From: Pseudovirgaria hyperparasitica
Taxonomy: Eukaryota
Assembly: GCA_010093815.1 (NCBI GenBank)
Contig: ML996570.1
DNA: 64,000 bases
Direction: 5' to 3' (one strand)
Positions within the stretch are counted from its first letter, which is position 1; each line of letters begins with the position of its first letter. Below the pieces are notes generated by a model. It did not search any database. It was not told where the DNA came from and saw only the letters and a list, made by a program, of their open reading frames with translations. Made by a program: the position numbers and the translations under genes. Below, piece after piece: positions 10,448 through 24,643 of this stretch.

Positions 10448-12322
10448 ATGCGCATCAACATTCATGGAGCTCCTTGGAGCTTCTCCTCCCGCCCGATATG
10501 TCTGCCATGCCAAATTCGATCGCAAGTTCGCCAATTCTCCTCATCAAACAAGTATGCTTCTGACGAGATCCCGCCGCTGAGCTCGAATGCGCCTACAGAA
10601 ATCACTCGACCTTTACCACCTATCAAACGCAAACGACCTACAAGGACCACGAGAGCGACACTTCCATCAGAGGGATCAAAAGTCAGAACGCGCTTTGCAC
10701 CCTCACCCACGGGAAGCCTGCACCTTGGATCTGCTCGGACAGCTCTATTCAATTACTTGCTTGCCAAGCGATGTGGGGGCCAGTTCATACTGCGGATTGA
10801 AGATACGGATCAGAGACGGAGCTCAGAGGATTTCGAGAAACAGATCTATAAGGAGCTTGCATGGTTGGGATTGAAGTGGGATGAAGGGCCAGGTCCGCAA
10901 GGCACGCTTAGGAATTCCACGGGGCCCTACAAGCAGTCGCAAAGATTGCATTTCTATACAGAACATGTCCAGAGACTCTTAGATATAGGAAAGTCGTACC
11001 GCTGTTTCTGCTCGCCTGAAGCCCTCCAAGCCAAAGCACAACTTCGTGACTCAGCTGGTCTTATCGGGCGATACGATCGAACATGCGCGCATATACAGAA
11101 GGATGAATCGAGCAGGAGAGCCGCAGCCGGCGAGCCACACACTATTCGACTCCTGTCTGCGGAAACTGCACCGCTTGTTAAAGACCTAATATTTGGGGAT
11201 ATAAAACACCAGTCCAGTAGCAGCCAACAGGCTGACGGCTTCGATGACCCGATATTGATGAAGCGAGATGGCTGGCCGACATACCATTTGGCAAACGTGG
11301 TAGACGATCATCTCATGGACGTCACGCATGTGATTCGGGGGGTAGAATGGATACCCTCAACACCGATGCACTTGGAGTTGTACGATGCTTTCGGCTGGGT
11401 ACCACCAAAATTTGCTCATGTGCCCCTGTTGACTGATGCCGATGGGGCCAAATTGAGTAAGAGAGATAGCGCTGCGACACTTGAACAGCTTAGAGACCTC
11501 GGTATATTTCCCGAGACAGTCGTTAACTTTGCGGCATTACTTGGATGGTCGCACCAAGAACGTTCGGACTTCATGACTCTCTCGGATCTGGAAAGGCTCT
11601 TCGACTTGAAGCTTACGAAAGGCAACACTGTTGTGTCTATGGGCAAAATGAGGTTTTTACAGAATGCTCACGCGGTTCAGATGACAAAAGGGACCGATGA
11701 GGCTTTCAGATACTTGGTAGATGACGTCGCAAAGATTGTTCAGGCTCGTTTCGGCGACGTCATAGATCCTATTCTTGGATCTAGGCCGCTGAAAGATTAT
11801 GTATCAAGGCTGCTGAAAGCCGATGTCAAAAACTTCACCACTAGCGCCCGATTCGTCGAGGAGTCGAGATATCTTTTCATCCCAATAGACAAGATAATCA
11901 AAAGAGGATTCCGAGCAACGACCATCTCAGTGGACGAAATATACCCTAGCCTCCAAGACGATGAAGAGTACTTCAAGTCCGCGGAAACCACTACACTAGA
12001 GCCTCAAGTGAAGGAGACACTTGAAAGACTCAAAAATAGATTAGATAAGCTTAATTTAGAAGATTGGTCCGAAACTCCCCTTAAAGAAGTCATTGATGGG
12101 TTACTGACGGAAATGTTGGATGAGTGGAAAGGTCTCAACTCGGCTGACGATAGAGCGGCTTGGAAAGTTCGCAAAGAGCTAGCTGCGCCATTCTGGCATA
12201 TGTTACGGGATGTAATTTCTTTTGGCAGGCCGGGTGTGGGTTTAGCTGTTGCCATGGAGCTGCTGGGACGAGATGAGTGTAGAAAGAGGTTCGAAGTGGC
12301 CATGAGAGGCAGTTTCGTATGA
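10448..12322 (+). CDS. MSE1: Mitochondrial glutamyl-tRNA synthetase
   Basis: Presequence, RTRFAPSPTGSLHLGSARTALFNYL (HIGH-like), RIEDTD, PTYHLANVVDDHLM, KLSKR (KMSKS-like). Confidence 0.95.
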   Translation: MRINIHGAPWSFSSRPICLPCQIRSQVRQFSSSNKYASDEIPPLSSNAPTEITRPLPPIKRKRPTRTTRATLPSEGSKVRTRFAPSPTGSLHLGSARTALFNYLLAKRCGGQFILRIEDTDQRRSSEDFEKQIYKELAWLGLKWDEGPGPQGTLRNSTGPYKQSQRLHFYTEHVQRLLDIGKSYRCFCSPEALQAKAQLRDSAGLIGRYDRTCAHIQKDESSRRAAAGEPHTIRLLSAETAPLVKDLIFGDIKHQSSSSQQADGFDDPILMKRDGWPTYHLANVVDDHLMDVTHVIRGVEWIPSTPMHLELYDAFGWVPPKFAHVPLLTDADGAKLSKRDSAATLEQLRDLGIFPETVVNFAALLGWSHQERSDFMTLSDLERLFDLKLTKGNTVVSMGKMRFLQNAHAVQMTKGTDEAFRYLVDDVAKIVQARFGDVIDPILGSRPLKDYVSRLLKADVKNFTTSARFVEESRYLFIPIDKIIKRGFRATTISVDEIYPSLQDDEEYFKSAETTTLEPQVKETLERLKNRLDKLNLEDWSETPLKEVIDGLLTEMLDEWKGLNSADDRAAWKVRKELAAPFWHMLRDVISFGRPGVGLAVAMELLGRDECRKRFEVAMRGSFV

Positions 12323-12829
12323 AATACAGCCTCTTCCCGGTCGGAATATAAAGCTGCTTTGTACATAGTCTTTCAACGCTGTACCTTGTAGGACAATTGG
12401 AGTGCGAGTGCTCCCAAGCACTGTTATTTCCTATCTCCCTCGCTACCTGTATCTCATGAGAATTCACCATTGACTTTCGTCTTAAGCTCGGGAATCCGCT
12501 CCATCGCGGCACCAGTTCTCGACACTCCATCCGTCAAATCAGCTACAGATACACCGCCAGTCGAAGCAGTCACTGACCTAATATGAACGTGCTTGTTAGG
12601 GAAACTATAAACTAGGTCTCTGCCATAAGCCTAGCCACAGTATAGCCCTTTTCCAGAGTAGTTTACAGTCTCACTTTGAGTTTGCTGGGCAGCATGAACG
12701 AATATACGTAATCCACTCGAAGCTAACTATCCTAAACAGCTCTAGCGCCAGCTTCAAAGCTAAGGTCCCCTCCACTCCCATCAGGCACGGCCAAAAGCAG
12801 CTTTCGTCCACTTCTACCATATCACAACC

Positions 12830-13912
12830 ATGGCAAATTCGTTGAAGAACTGGGGTAAGCTGTGGTAATATGACACTTCCCAATGCGTACTAACAGAACT
12901 CTCCTCAGAGCTCCAGAACGCTGTCAAACTTATCGATCCTCATCGCGATGCTCTCTACGACTACGACGACAAAGCCGCGAAGGCCGTAAACGAATCAAAG
13001 CCATGGAAGTCAGACGCCAACTACTTCAAGAATATCCGCATCTCAGCAGTTGCATTATTGAAGATGGTCATGCATGCTCGATCAGGAGGCAGTATTGAGG
13101 TCATGGGCTTGATGCTAGGCTATATCGCAGGTGACACATTCATCGTAACGGACTCATTTCGACTACCAGTTGAGGGCACTGAAACGCGGGTGAATGCGCA
13201 GGAGGACGCCAACGAATATATCGTTAACTACCCCGAAGCTGCGCGCCAAGCAGGCCAGCTGGAGAATGCTGTTGGGTGGTACCATTCTCATCCTGGTTAC
13301 GGCTGCTGGCTGTCTGGCATCGACGTTGGAACACAACACACCTGGCAGATGTTCCAAGATCCATTCTGCGCTGTAGTCATTGATCCAGATCGTACTATAT
13401 CCGCCGGCAAAGTTGAGATCGGTGCTTTTCGAACCTACCCTGAGAACTATAAGCCGGCGAAGATGGGCGGTGGCGACGGATTTCAGACGATACCATTGGA
13501 CAAGATGCAGGACTTTGGCGCTCACAGTGAGCGATACTACCCGTTAGAGGTGACCCACTTCAAGTCGCAGCTGGACGCAAAGATCCTAGAGGCGTTATGG
13601 AACAAGTACTGGGTTGGTACCTTGTCGCAGTCTCCACTCTTTACAAATCGTGACTACGGTACTTCACAGATGCAGGACCTGGCGCGGAAAATTATGCAGG
13701 TTGAACAAGGAGTGAAAAACCACTCCTACGGACCTCAGGTGCGGCCAAGTACGACAACATCAAAAGACAAGGAACTCGAAAAGCTAGTTAGAGCAGGGCA
13801 CAAGCTGGCTACAGAAGAGAAAATCGGCCTTCTGGCGGCCGAGCTGAAAGATCGCGTTTTCAATGTCCAGCCAGAACTTACGCAGGTCCCGGACCTTGAT
13901 ATGAACGGATAG
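12830..13912 (+). CDS. CSN5: COP9 signalosome subunit 5 (JAMM deneddylase), 2 exons
   Basis: ATG 12830, GTAAGC..CTAAC..CAG intron 12855-12910. Motifs ISAVALLKMVMHARSGGSIEVMGLM and VGWYHSHPGYGCWLSGID (JAMM), plus WNKYWV. Confidence 0.96.
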
Positions 13913-15464
13913 GACATTATACATACATCAAAAGTGATGAACAGAGTAGCGGGCGTGAAACTTTCGATCATTGCGAGGATGGTGTTCTATGCGTCATTGT
14001 CAGTACGATGAGAAGGTAGATTCATTTCGTTGAAGGACACAATGTCTCAGCGAGCATGAGCATCACGGAATACACGGAATATACGGGTCACACGGCATGT
14101 CTGAATCCACCGTATGGCTCGGATATAAAGCCCGGCGCGTATAGTCGCCTGATTTCACAGGTGACGTGTGCGTGACTTCGTTTATGTGACCATGGAAGAG
14201 CAATAGAGCCTTGCGGAGAAAAAGACGCGAGGGAAGGCTGCGGGGAGATGCTAGAGGCGCGACAGTCGGCCGTAAGAGATATATACCAACGGAGAAATAA
14301 CAGTCGGCCGAATAGGTTATCGATCAAAGGGAAAGGCACATTCGGCCGGTTCCAAGAGTTGGGACTTCTATCAACGGAGGAAGAGAGCCGCGATACCCTG
14401 AGTATCTTGGTTACTCCATGTGCAGCGTTATTCTGATCGTAATTCAGGAAGTGTCTGTTGGTCTGCACCAGCTAGTCATTAATTTCCAGGCGTTACCGTC
14501 GTCGACCAGGCCATCCAGACAGCGTCTCATCTTGCCGCAAAACTCTGTAGGCCGAAATCAGTGTGGAGATAGTGTGCCCTTCCAGTGTCTCGTTCTCATT
14601 CTCATTCATATGTCATTCCCACATTCTGCGGAAGGAGCGGTTGAGCCTCCAGCTGCTCTGCGGCTCAGATGCTTACATTACTCACAGGACGACCAGGTAG
14701 AGGTACCTAAACTACCACACCCTCTACATCGCTGACCTCACACTGCGTTACTAACCAGGTATCTAAGTGGAGACTCGGCCAATCATATGACTTGAGTCAA
14801 AGATGTTTACTATTTCTTCAAAATCCTACACACATGCTGGAAGTGACCTATTACATGCGCTAAGCATTAGGTTATAATACCGAGAGTCGAGAGGCACTCG
14901 ATAGGCGAGGGGTGCCACACCTGTAAAGGGGCAGTATGGACTATGGCTATATTTAGGGCTATAGCTATCAAGGCGAAGATTACAAATCTTAACTAAGGAG
15001 GAGAATAGCCTATGCCAAGGGTGAAATTTTATAGTGCTAGATGTAGTTCACAGAGGTGAGGAAGCCTGAAGACACCAAGAACGCCAAACCTTGATTAAGT
15101 TCAAAAACTCCCCCATTCTGTAGAAAGACGCGGTCATCGAATTCAGGTTATGTAGATCCTTAGTCTGATATGTGCTAATCCTCCGATACTAGTTCCGTAG
15201 GTTTATGGACGAATCATCTTCTCTGCGACATACAAAGAATGTATTCAAAAGTTGGATCCGCATGCTAAATGCTGCGGAGTCCGGTTATGATCGTGTCTTT
15301 TGGATCGCATCTGTTTGTCAGTCTACGCAGAAACTGATTTTGCGTTTTCAGTATAGATCCTCCAAGATCGTGTAAATGTGTTGTCAAAAAGCCTTATAAA
15401 TAGACTCACGCAACCCACCAGAACAGAATGAAGATAACGCATTATATCTATATACCTTAGCAAC

Positions 15465-17227
15465 ATGGAAACTTCTCATCGAAACTTGTTGCCTCATATG
15501 AACGCCCTATCATTGTCACACTTGGATCTGCAGACAGCTCTGCGAGGCATATATCTTTCGCTAGCTCTCGTATGCTCTGAGTCTTTCGCTTGATTGTCAA
15601 TTGTAATACTAATCACTCTTATAACATAGTTTGCTACCTACAGGATACTCTTAGCTGCATACAATGTCTACTTCAGTCCACTGAGGTTATGTTAGTACAT
15701 TATCTTTTCGTAATACGGGGATACACACTAATTCAACATTGGACAGTTCCAGGACCAAAAATAGCTGCAGCCAGCTACCTTCCCTTCTACTACCGCAAGT
15801 TTTTCGGGACACTGAACCCCTGGTACTTGGAGCTTCACAGCCAATATGGAGAAGTCGTTCGATTCACGCCAAATGATTTAAGCTTTACGAATGAGCATGC
15901 TTACAAGGACATATATGGTGGAAAAACTGCAAATCACACTGCTAACCCGAAGTCTGGCTCTTTCTACACCAAGACTTACGGCAATACATGGACGATGCTG
16001 ACAGAGCCGGACGACACGAGGCACGGACAGATCCGCAAAGTCTTCGCCAATGCATTCTCAGATCGTGCGTTAAAGCTGCAGGAGCCATTAATTCTGAAGT
16101 ATGTAGACCAGCTAGTAAGCAATATCAGACGGAGTGTCGCAAGTAATCCCGTTAAGGAGGTGGATATGGTCAGGTAAGTCTTCAAAAACCTCTACGTGCC
16201 TCCAATTGACCCCAACAGACTTTACAACTTCGCCACGTTCGACATCATGGCCGATCTCACATTCAGTGAGCCCCTGGGTCTACTCCAAAGTAATCAATAC
16301 ACACCCTGGGTCAAAGCCATGTTCGCCAGCATCCGCAACAACCAGAAAACCAAAGTTTTCAAAGCTATCCCCGTGCTCCGAGCTCTCGCTTTTCTCTTTC
16401 TCCCCAGAAACTTCAAGAAAATAATGAAGGAGAACTACCGAAATTCTGTCGAGCGCGTCAACTACCGCATCGCTAATCCCCCTGCCGACTACGATATGTG
16501 GAAACTTGTTCTTGAGAAAGGCACAGATGTCCTCCAGCCTGCTGAGATGCATACTAATGCGGCAATATTCATGAAAGCAGGTACCGAGACAACGGCAACG
16601 GCATTGTCGGGCTTGACATATCATCTGCTGCGCAATCCGGACAAGCTGGCGAAGGTCGTCGCCGAAGTACGTGCTCAGCCCGACGAAGCATCCTTGAACC
16701 TGTTAACTTTACCCCGCTTGCGGTATCTGAATGCGTGCTTCGAAGAGGGGCTTCGTATATATCCACCCGTTGCTGAGGGCCTACCGCGTGAGGTGCCTGC
16801 AGGCGGAAATGTGATCTGTGGGCAATACATCCCTCCTAAGACGCGCATGTGGGTGCCACAGTACGTGAACAATCGCAACCCACGCAACTTCATGGATGCA
16901 GACAAGTTTATACCCGAGCGCTGGTTGGACGGGGAGGGTTACGACAGTGATAAGAAGCATGCGTTGCAGCCGTTCAGTACCGGGCCAAGGAACTGTATAG
17001 GAAAAAAGTAAGTCCTAAATGTCCTGGCGACTCTTCGTCATCATCTGAGCACGGGTGCTAATCTTTTGGGTAGTCTGGCTTACCATGAGATGCGGGTCAT
17101 TCTTGCGAAGCTGCTTTGGCATTTTGATTTGAGATTGGCGGAGAGGAGCAGCAACTGGGCAGAACAGAAGACCTATATCCTGTGGGAAAAGCCAGAACTG
17201 TACGTCATTGCTGAACCGGTGCGCTGA
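15465..17227 (+). CDS. Cytochrome P450 (CYP65/Tri11-like), ~5 exons
   Basis: PGP hinge, YGEVVRFTPNDLSF, FSDRALKLQE, AGTETTA (I helix), EGLR (ExxR), PERW, heme motif FSTGPRNCIG. TATA-like element at ~15395. Introns at ~15570, ~15690, ~16174 and ~17008. Confidence 0.93.
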
Positions 17228-17944
17228 AGGCTTTCTACATGAATTCTGAGATGTTGTTGTGCTGGGGTTTAATTCGGTCGATGTGTTGACATGACAACAA
17301 CGTTCTCCACCTGAGGTAGGGCTATACATAGCACCTCATTCATCCAAATGCAGAATTATCCAAAGTCACATAAAGCAAGCCTTTACAAAGAAACTATCGA
17401 GCTGTTCGTAGAAAGTGCGATACCCTACGATTGATGTCAAAGCTTGCTGAACGCACCAATTAAACTCACTGATCGTATCGCCGTCGTCTGTGAACTGGGC
17501 TCGTTTCACTTACTGTTCGAAGAACAGGAAACTCTGTATAAGACTATGCACATCATCTTCGTTTGGTTCACACGAATTTAGTGTCTCGATGCGCTGTTTT
17601 GTGCAATGTTAAGTGTTCATGAATATAAAGCAGCAACGTCAAAGTGAACTGTCGGTGAACAAGTGAAAACAGCTTGAAGTAGGATTATTATTGACGAAGC
17701 CGCCGAAATTCTTCCCCTGCAAATCCTTGTTCTCTTTAAGATCTCGCTTGTAGCTCTGTTCACACCCTCGATGCTTAGACAACGATGAAGCTACTAAGCT
17801 CTTCACTTTGAGTATGCGATCTCACTCCGTAATCTTTCGAATTCGAACTGGCTTCCGAGACATCAAAAGGCGTTATACTGATCTGTACCGCGGTGCGCGC
17901 ACTGGCTACACTTGCTGTCCTGGCTTTGTCATAAGACTTTTGCA

Positions 17945-19083
17945 ATGCCTGCAGTACGACAGAATCTCATAGTAGAGACTATGGAAGCTCCAAGACATGA
18001 CTCAAATTCTGATTCACAACGAACTTTGATGTCCTACCTGATCGAAAACAGTGATAACTTTGCAAAGCTTGAGAAACTCAAAAAAAAGGTAAGATCATTG
18101 TCGCTAAGGGCACTTCAACTCTGATTCTGGGGCAGGACTGGAAGAATCCCGCAGCATACACCCACTGGCAGAAACGCAACATGCAAGCAAATCCTGCAAC
18201 GCAAGATGCAGTACAACAAGCGTTTCTATACAAGATGACCCAGCAAATTGTATCAGAGATGCACATGAAGACGGAGGCTCTGACCCCAGGAAAGCTCGGA
18301 GCTTCAAAGCTGCAGGTTTTAGATATCTGTATGGCCCCAGGGGGGTTTACCTGGGGTGCTTTGAAATACAACCCTAATGCAATATCGTATGGCATAACCC
18401 TTCCCGAGCAGAGAGGAGGTTACAAGAACAGATTCAGACTGCGATCTCAGAACGTTCGATTCATGGACGTTACCATGCTCGCTAGTGAGTGTGGCATCGA
18501 TGTAATACCAGACTCACATCCGGACTTTGCTCGCTTCCTGCAGGAACGCCCCTTTCTAGATCTGTCCTTTCAGTTGATCTTCTGTGGGGGCGCCGTTCTA
18601 AGGTCCACTAGAGACTTCAACACCGACTACCCAAACCCATATGAGCGAACTCGCCTGACAACCTCACAACTAGTTCTGGCGATGCAGCGGATTATGCCTG
18701 GAGGAACAATGGTCGTCCTACTTGGGAAGCCGGAGCATCCCGACACAACAGCGATCCTCAGACACTTCGATCGGTTCGCAAGAATAGAGTTGTTCAAGTC
18801 GCGCAGGAAGCACACCCTTCGATCCACGTTCTATCTCGTGGCTAGAGACGTACAGTCCGAGTCACATGCAGCAAAAGCTGCGTTAGAAGACTGGAAAGCT
18901 CGCTGGTATCGCGCAACATTTGGCGGTGAGATTGGGACTGGAGAACTTGAGCCTGATATGGATACCGCATCCATGGCAAGCATGATTGACGAATTCGGTA
19001 CGAGACTCATTGAGCTGGCGAGTCCGGTATGGGAAATTCAGGCAGCGGCGCTATTGAGACAGGACTTCAACGTCACTCACTGA
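17945..19083 (+). CDS. FtsJ/RrmJ-like SAM-dependent methyltransferase-domain protein, 2 exons
   Basis: VLDICMAPGGF motif I, MDVTMLA, LTTSQLVLAMQRIMPGGTMVVLL, HTLRSTFYLVA. GTAAGA..CTGAT..CAG intron at ~18089-18135. Confidence 0.8.
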
Positions 19084-20400
19084 TCGACAATCTGGAGACG
19101 AGATAGTATCAAGTGACATGGCAAGGAGCTACCCCATTCTAAGCTATCACAAAGACCATGCTTGCTCAATGGCAGGAGAAATGGATGAAGACGTGTATCC
19201 GATGTATGGGCCTTGGCTATTTCTAGGTCTGAACTACGTCTATCTGTTGACCGCAAACATTCTTGGATATCTTGATGATTCAGCCGTAAATAAGACCTTG
19301 CAATGCAAGCACCAAAGAAAACATACTCCTATATTCATTGAACCATCCCCTCAGTCTCATTTAAAGACTCCCGAACCTTCTAGTTGAAGAGCGCACTATA
19401 CTAGTACTGTCACACTAGACGTTTGAAACAAATATCTCGGGTCGAGTCGCGTTTCAGCTCTATATTCCTGCACAGTGTTATGAGTTGTATATCTCGTTAT
19501 AGACGCTCACTGGCTCTAATAAACACTCATCATGAGTATAAGTAAACACAGGCATAGCTTGTTAAGGCACGATGTACATAGGCTCTGTATTTGTTGATTA
19601 CGATACACAGACCACTCAGTAGACAGCCTTTTCCCTGTGGACAGCTACATTCGTCAAAAACGTACCTAACTTGGAATGCCCACAGGGTTATAGGACAAGC
19701 CTTCATATATCTCACCGCCAGGTGATATCATAAAACATGCAAGCCGAAGTGATAACTTCCGGTATAACAGGTGTGAGTCAGATTGCCTTGTTTTGCATTT
19801 CCTTGCTAGCAACACCATACGGAAACAAGTTGATCTGAAGATGATCCTTGTTTTGAAGATTCTCACGAGTAAGAAGACGAGAAGTTCGAAATCCAATAAT
19901 TCGTCTGTGACTTTTATTGGCATAGAAGATGTATAATATTTATATCAATGCTACTTCTAATGATAACGATAGACCTTTGAAGCGAGAGAAGAAGTTCAGA
20001 GTTGGGTAACATAGAGAATTCTTTTTAGAGTCATCCTTTAGAACAAGAGATATATAGCGATTCGAGAAAGAAGTACATGCTTCCAAAAAATAGATATATG
20101 GTTGTTATATCATATAACGTTAAACCCACTTTTCTAGCTAATGACAGAGGTGACAAGGGTGACTCTTAATTGGCTTTGTAACTTCAAAGCACCATGCTAA
20201 CGTCGCAATGTTGGTATGAGAATACGTCGCTTGTTCGAAATAGAATTCAGGGAGTATAGAGCAGTAAAAGGGCAATGAATGACTAAGCATATGCTAAGAT
20301 TGATGGTCATTGTTGGTTCACTCCAGAGAGTATAGATGTTGAGTAGCTGGGTGGAACAGAGTTTGAGAAGTTTGAGCTCTACCGAAGACTAGGCTCCCAT

Positions 20401-21726
20401 CTATTCCCACTCAAAAAGCACAAGGGGCGTGCTATACAGATTGTTTCCATCCTTATCCAAGTCGTTCTTCGTGTATGTAATATAGATAGCATTTGTAAGG
20501 TCGCTTGTCAGCCCAGGATGTGCCTGGATGGAGTACGAGGCCAAGAAGTAATTTCCATTGATACCTGTGTATAAGTGTATGGGTTCGATCCACGGTCCTG
20601 TTGGATCCGGAGCAGTCGTGACGTAGACTTCAGCGCTGACGCCTCTATCCCCGCCAATCCAGACGAATGAATTCCATGGCTTGGAGTAATAGTATGTCCC
20701 CTGCCCACCAGCGTTACAATTGGAGATATTGATACCATCAGAGTCGATTGTAGGCCTTTGGGACGTCCATGATCCATTGACCCAGTACTCGTAAGCGGAT
20801 TTGGTTTCAATTTGCGAGGCAGGGACTCTGGCCAGGGAGGTCGAGCCATTCGCTTGTGCGTATAGATATGCGGTACCATCGTGAACAAAATTGCCATAGT
20901 CACCATATGGGATCTCGTCGATGTCCCAGAAGTCTGAGTCAACGGTAGTCACTTTTGGCAGGGACGTGGTATCTGACGAATCTGATTCGAAGTCGAGGCG
21001 ATACAAGAGCGTAGCAGGATTCGGATACAGGACGCTTAGGTCAGGCTGGATGTGAAACTTTCTGATCCATGTATAAGCTGTAACCCTGTTGTCTTGGATC
21101 GATGTTACGAGTGGTGGCAGATCCGGCCCTAGTTCGCATTGTTAGATTCTGTAGGAGGTTGATCCCTACTAATAGCACTCACATAACGCATATCTACTCT
21201 CGTCTGGACACGAGCCAGCGGGTGCCGTACAGGACTCATTTGTAGTAGAATAAGGGAAATAGGGCTCGTTTTGATCCAGTGAGTTTCTGCCATATAACTC
21301 CAACACCGTGCTATGAAGCTCGTCACCCCCTGGAGGAAGAGGTGTCAGCAACGGTCCACCCTCCGGAATAAGATTTGACCAGCTAGCTGTGCTGGCGTAT
21401 ACAGGAAACTTTTGCAGATGTCCATCGGGATTGAAAAGCTGGGTATCCCTCGCCGTCCATAATGTCCGCCCTGCTACCGTCGTGGACCCCAGAGAGTCCC
21501 GATTCAACGACGGGTCGCTAACAAGTCCGAGGACTTTGGGTGTTGATTTGAGCTTGGGGACCACAGGTGACCGAACACTGAAAGGGTCTGAAGTCGATGT
21601 TTTGAATGCGTATACTTGGTCTCCGATAAAGGGCAGAAATATTGGTGACGAGAACAAGCTAAAAGCCCCAAAAATCGGAGCAGAGTCAAGAATACCGAAC
21701 AGTATGACTAAGAAAAGAGACACCAT
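20401..21726 (-). CDS. Predicted secreted protein, possibly a DUF4185-like beta-propeller, 2 exons
   Basis: Hydrophobic N-terminus, motifs NRDSLGS..RTLWTARDT, YLYAQ..SLARVP..YEYW, TAPDPTGPW, YSIQAHP. GTGAGT..CTAAC..TAG intron at ~21183-21129. Family call is tentative. Confidence 0.7.
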
Positions 21727-22359
21727 GACGAACGAATGTGAATGAGCAGACTTGATACTGAAATAAGAACGGACGTGGATGGTTTCATTATGCTTTCTTT
21801 GGCTCTATAGTATCGTCGATCTGTTATCATGAGGCGTCTTCTACAGGTCATTGAGGCACATGTGATTTTCCAAATAGTTATGCTAACAGCACACTCCTGC
21901 CAGAAGGGTGATCTAATCAATACTGGGGCGGCCATAGAGTAGGTAGTGAGTACCAGCCGAACCGTAGTTGTGGAAGCTATGTAGATCCCAATAACAAGGG
22001 TTAGGAGAAGGAGTGATGAAAAGCACAAGTTATTACCCACTTGATCTAGTTGCGGCACCTTCCACCAAGTCCGCCCTACGTTAGTAAGCATAGGGTGTAA
22101 ACACAGTCGTACCCTGGCCCCTGCTCTCAAGGCGGGCTGTGATGGGTAAAACGCTAGGCTATATTGGTACCACTTGATCACTAGGCTGTTTGAGGACTAG
22201 TCTAAACGCAACCCCACGATCCGGCTTGCGTCGGCCTTAACCTCAGCCAGGGTCCATGACTTCAACCCCAGGTTTCTCTTTAAGAGCTGGCGATGCGCGA
22301 CATGCACTCAGTGGAAGACGTTCAAGAGGCCTATACTCTACGTTCGTCTATATGTAAAG

Positions 22360-24643
22360 ATGCGAGCTGCACATCGTTCTAAAGGTTTCATACGCTCTGC
22401 TAATCTCAATGGTTCACGGTGGAATTCAACAGCGTCTACTGCACGGGTTGTCAGGCCGCTGACGTCAATTCTGATAGCAAACCGAGGCGAGATTGCTCTG
22501 TGAGTATATGAATATGCCGTAGGAAGCGTCTTCTGATACCTCGCTCAGTCGTGTAGGCCGAACCGCAGCAGAATATGGCATTCGCACAACCACAATCTAC
22601 ACCAATCCAGATGCTCACTCACAACACGCTCTGAGCTCCCCATTCGCCGTCAATCTAGGCGACGCATCTGCATACCTCGATGGTGATCGCATTATAGAAG
22701 CTGCGAAGCAGCATGGCTGTCAGGGTATACATCCAGGCTATGGCTTTCTCAGCGAGAATTCTGTTTTCGCAAAGAAATGCGCAGATGCAGGCATTACCTT
22801 CATAGGGCCGCCATATAAAGCGATCGAAGCGATGGGAAGCAAAAGCGAGTCTAAGAATATCATGAATGCGGCTGGAGTGCCATGTATTCCAGGCTATCAT
22901 GGCAACAACCAAGATCCAGAGTATCTCAAGGCAGAGGCTGCGAAAATTGGGTATCCAGTACTATTAAAGGCTGTTAAAGGAGGGGGTGGAAAGGGGATGC
23001 GAATCGTGAAGACGCCTGAGGTGTTTCTGGAGCAGCTCGCGTCTGCAAAGTCTGAAGCAAAGAACTCCTTCGGCGACGAGGTCATGCTTGTGGAGAAATA
23101 CATCACCACGCCTCGTCATATTGAAGTCCAAGTATTTGCCGATAAGCACGGAAACTGCGTAGCACTTGGCGAAAGAGATTGCAGTATTCAGCGACGACAC
23201 CAGAAAATCCTCGAGGAGTCTCCAGCACCACATCTGAAAGAAGAGATTCGTCAGGACTTATGGGAGAAGGCTCGTGCGGCTGCTCTTGCCGTGGGCTATG
23301 AGGGTGCAGGAACGGTGGAGTTCATCTTCGACAACGAGACCGGACAGTTCTTCTTTATGGAAATGAATACACGACTACAGGTCGAGCACCCAGTGACAGA
23401 GATGGTTACTGGAGAAGATCTTGTTCGATGGCAGCTTATTGTTGCTGAAGGGGGCATGCTTCCTACTAGCCAAGCCGAGGTTGAAAGAAATATAGCTAAG
23501 CATGGCCACGCCATCGAAGCTAGAATTTACGCTGAGAATCCTGACAAGTGAGTATCTTAAGTTATCGCAAGGCATGATTTAGCTGAGAAACACAAGGAAT
23601 TTCGTCCCGGATTCCGGCAAACTAATTCACGTGCGGACACCAAAAGCCACTGCCGACGTCCGCATCGATGGAGGCTTCGTAATGGGCGACGAAGTATCGT
23701 CACATTACGATCCAATGATCTCGAAATTGATCGTACGGGGTCCAACTCGAGAAGCTGCCCTGCAGAAGCTTCGGGCTGCTCTTGAAGAATATGAAGTGGC
23801 AGGGCCAATCACAAACATCGAGTTTTTGAAGCGATGTTGTGTAAGTCCGGCTTTCGTCGCTGGCGATGTAGAGACTGGATATATTGATAAGCATCGAGAT
23901 GAGCTGTTCGCAAGGGCGGAAACTCAGCCTGAAGTATTATCTCAAGCGGCGTTAGGCCTGCTCCTACAGCAGGCGAAGGCCTTAAAAGTCGACTCTATCT
24001 TCGCCTCTGCTGGTGCTGCTGTTGGATTCAGCAGCGCATATCAAGAACGTGCGTATCATCTCACAGAAACTTCCGCGGACGGCAAAGGTGATCCCATCGT
24101 GTCTACTGTCAAGGTTCGACAGACTGCGCCAGAAGACTTTACTGTCACAATCAAGGATCAGATCTTCACTGGTGTGAAGAGTTCTATAGATCCGTTGACA
24201 AACATCATCACTACGTATTACCCACACACTCGTCTCGAAACTACATTCATACAGGATGAAGAGCGACTCTCTTTATTCCAACAGGGCAAGCTGTATCGCC
24301 TCCAACTGACGGTACCGAAATGGGCAGAGAAGGCACTCGGCATTAAGGATGTCGCGAACAGCGTTTTGACGCCAATGCCTTGCAAAATACTCAGAGTGGA
24401 AGTTCAAGAAGGTGACCAGGTTAAGAGAGACCAACCTCTCATTGTAATCGAGAGCATGAAAATGGAGACTGTTATCCGGAGTCCTCAGGATGGAATCATC
24501 GAGAAAGTTGTCCACAAAGCTGGCGTAAGTCAATTGTGCTTTTCGTGTCATGACTGACTGCACTACTAACAATGCATGCGTAGGACATTTGCAAAGCGAA
24601 TACACCGCTGGTTGAGTTCGCTGAGCAAGAGCAAACACAATGA
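22360..24643 (+). CDS. mccA: 3-methylcrotonyl-CoA carboxylase alpha (biotin-containing) subunit, mitochondrial, 4 exons
   Basis: Presequence, ILIANRGEIA, IHPGYGFLSEN, GGGGKGMRIV, ERDCSIQRRHQK, EMNTRLQVEHPVTE, and biotinyl ESMKME. No carboxyltransferase domain. Introns at ~22500, ~23548 and ~24525. Confidence 0.9.

Noticed and set aside
14860..15060. Possible solo LTR or RIP relic upstream of the P450
   Set aside because: TA-rich with a small GGCAC..GTGCC inverted repeat, but no clear TG..CA ends, TSD or second copy.
19400..20390. Possible pseudogene (short ORFs 19530..19923)
   Set aside because: No recognisable motif or consistent frame.
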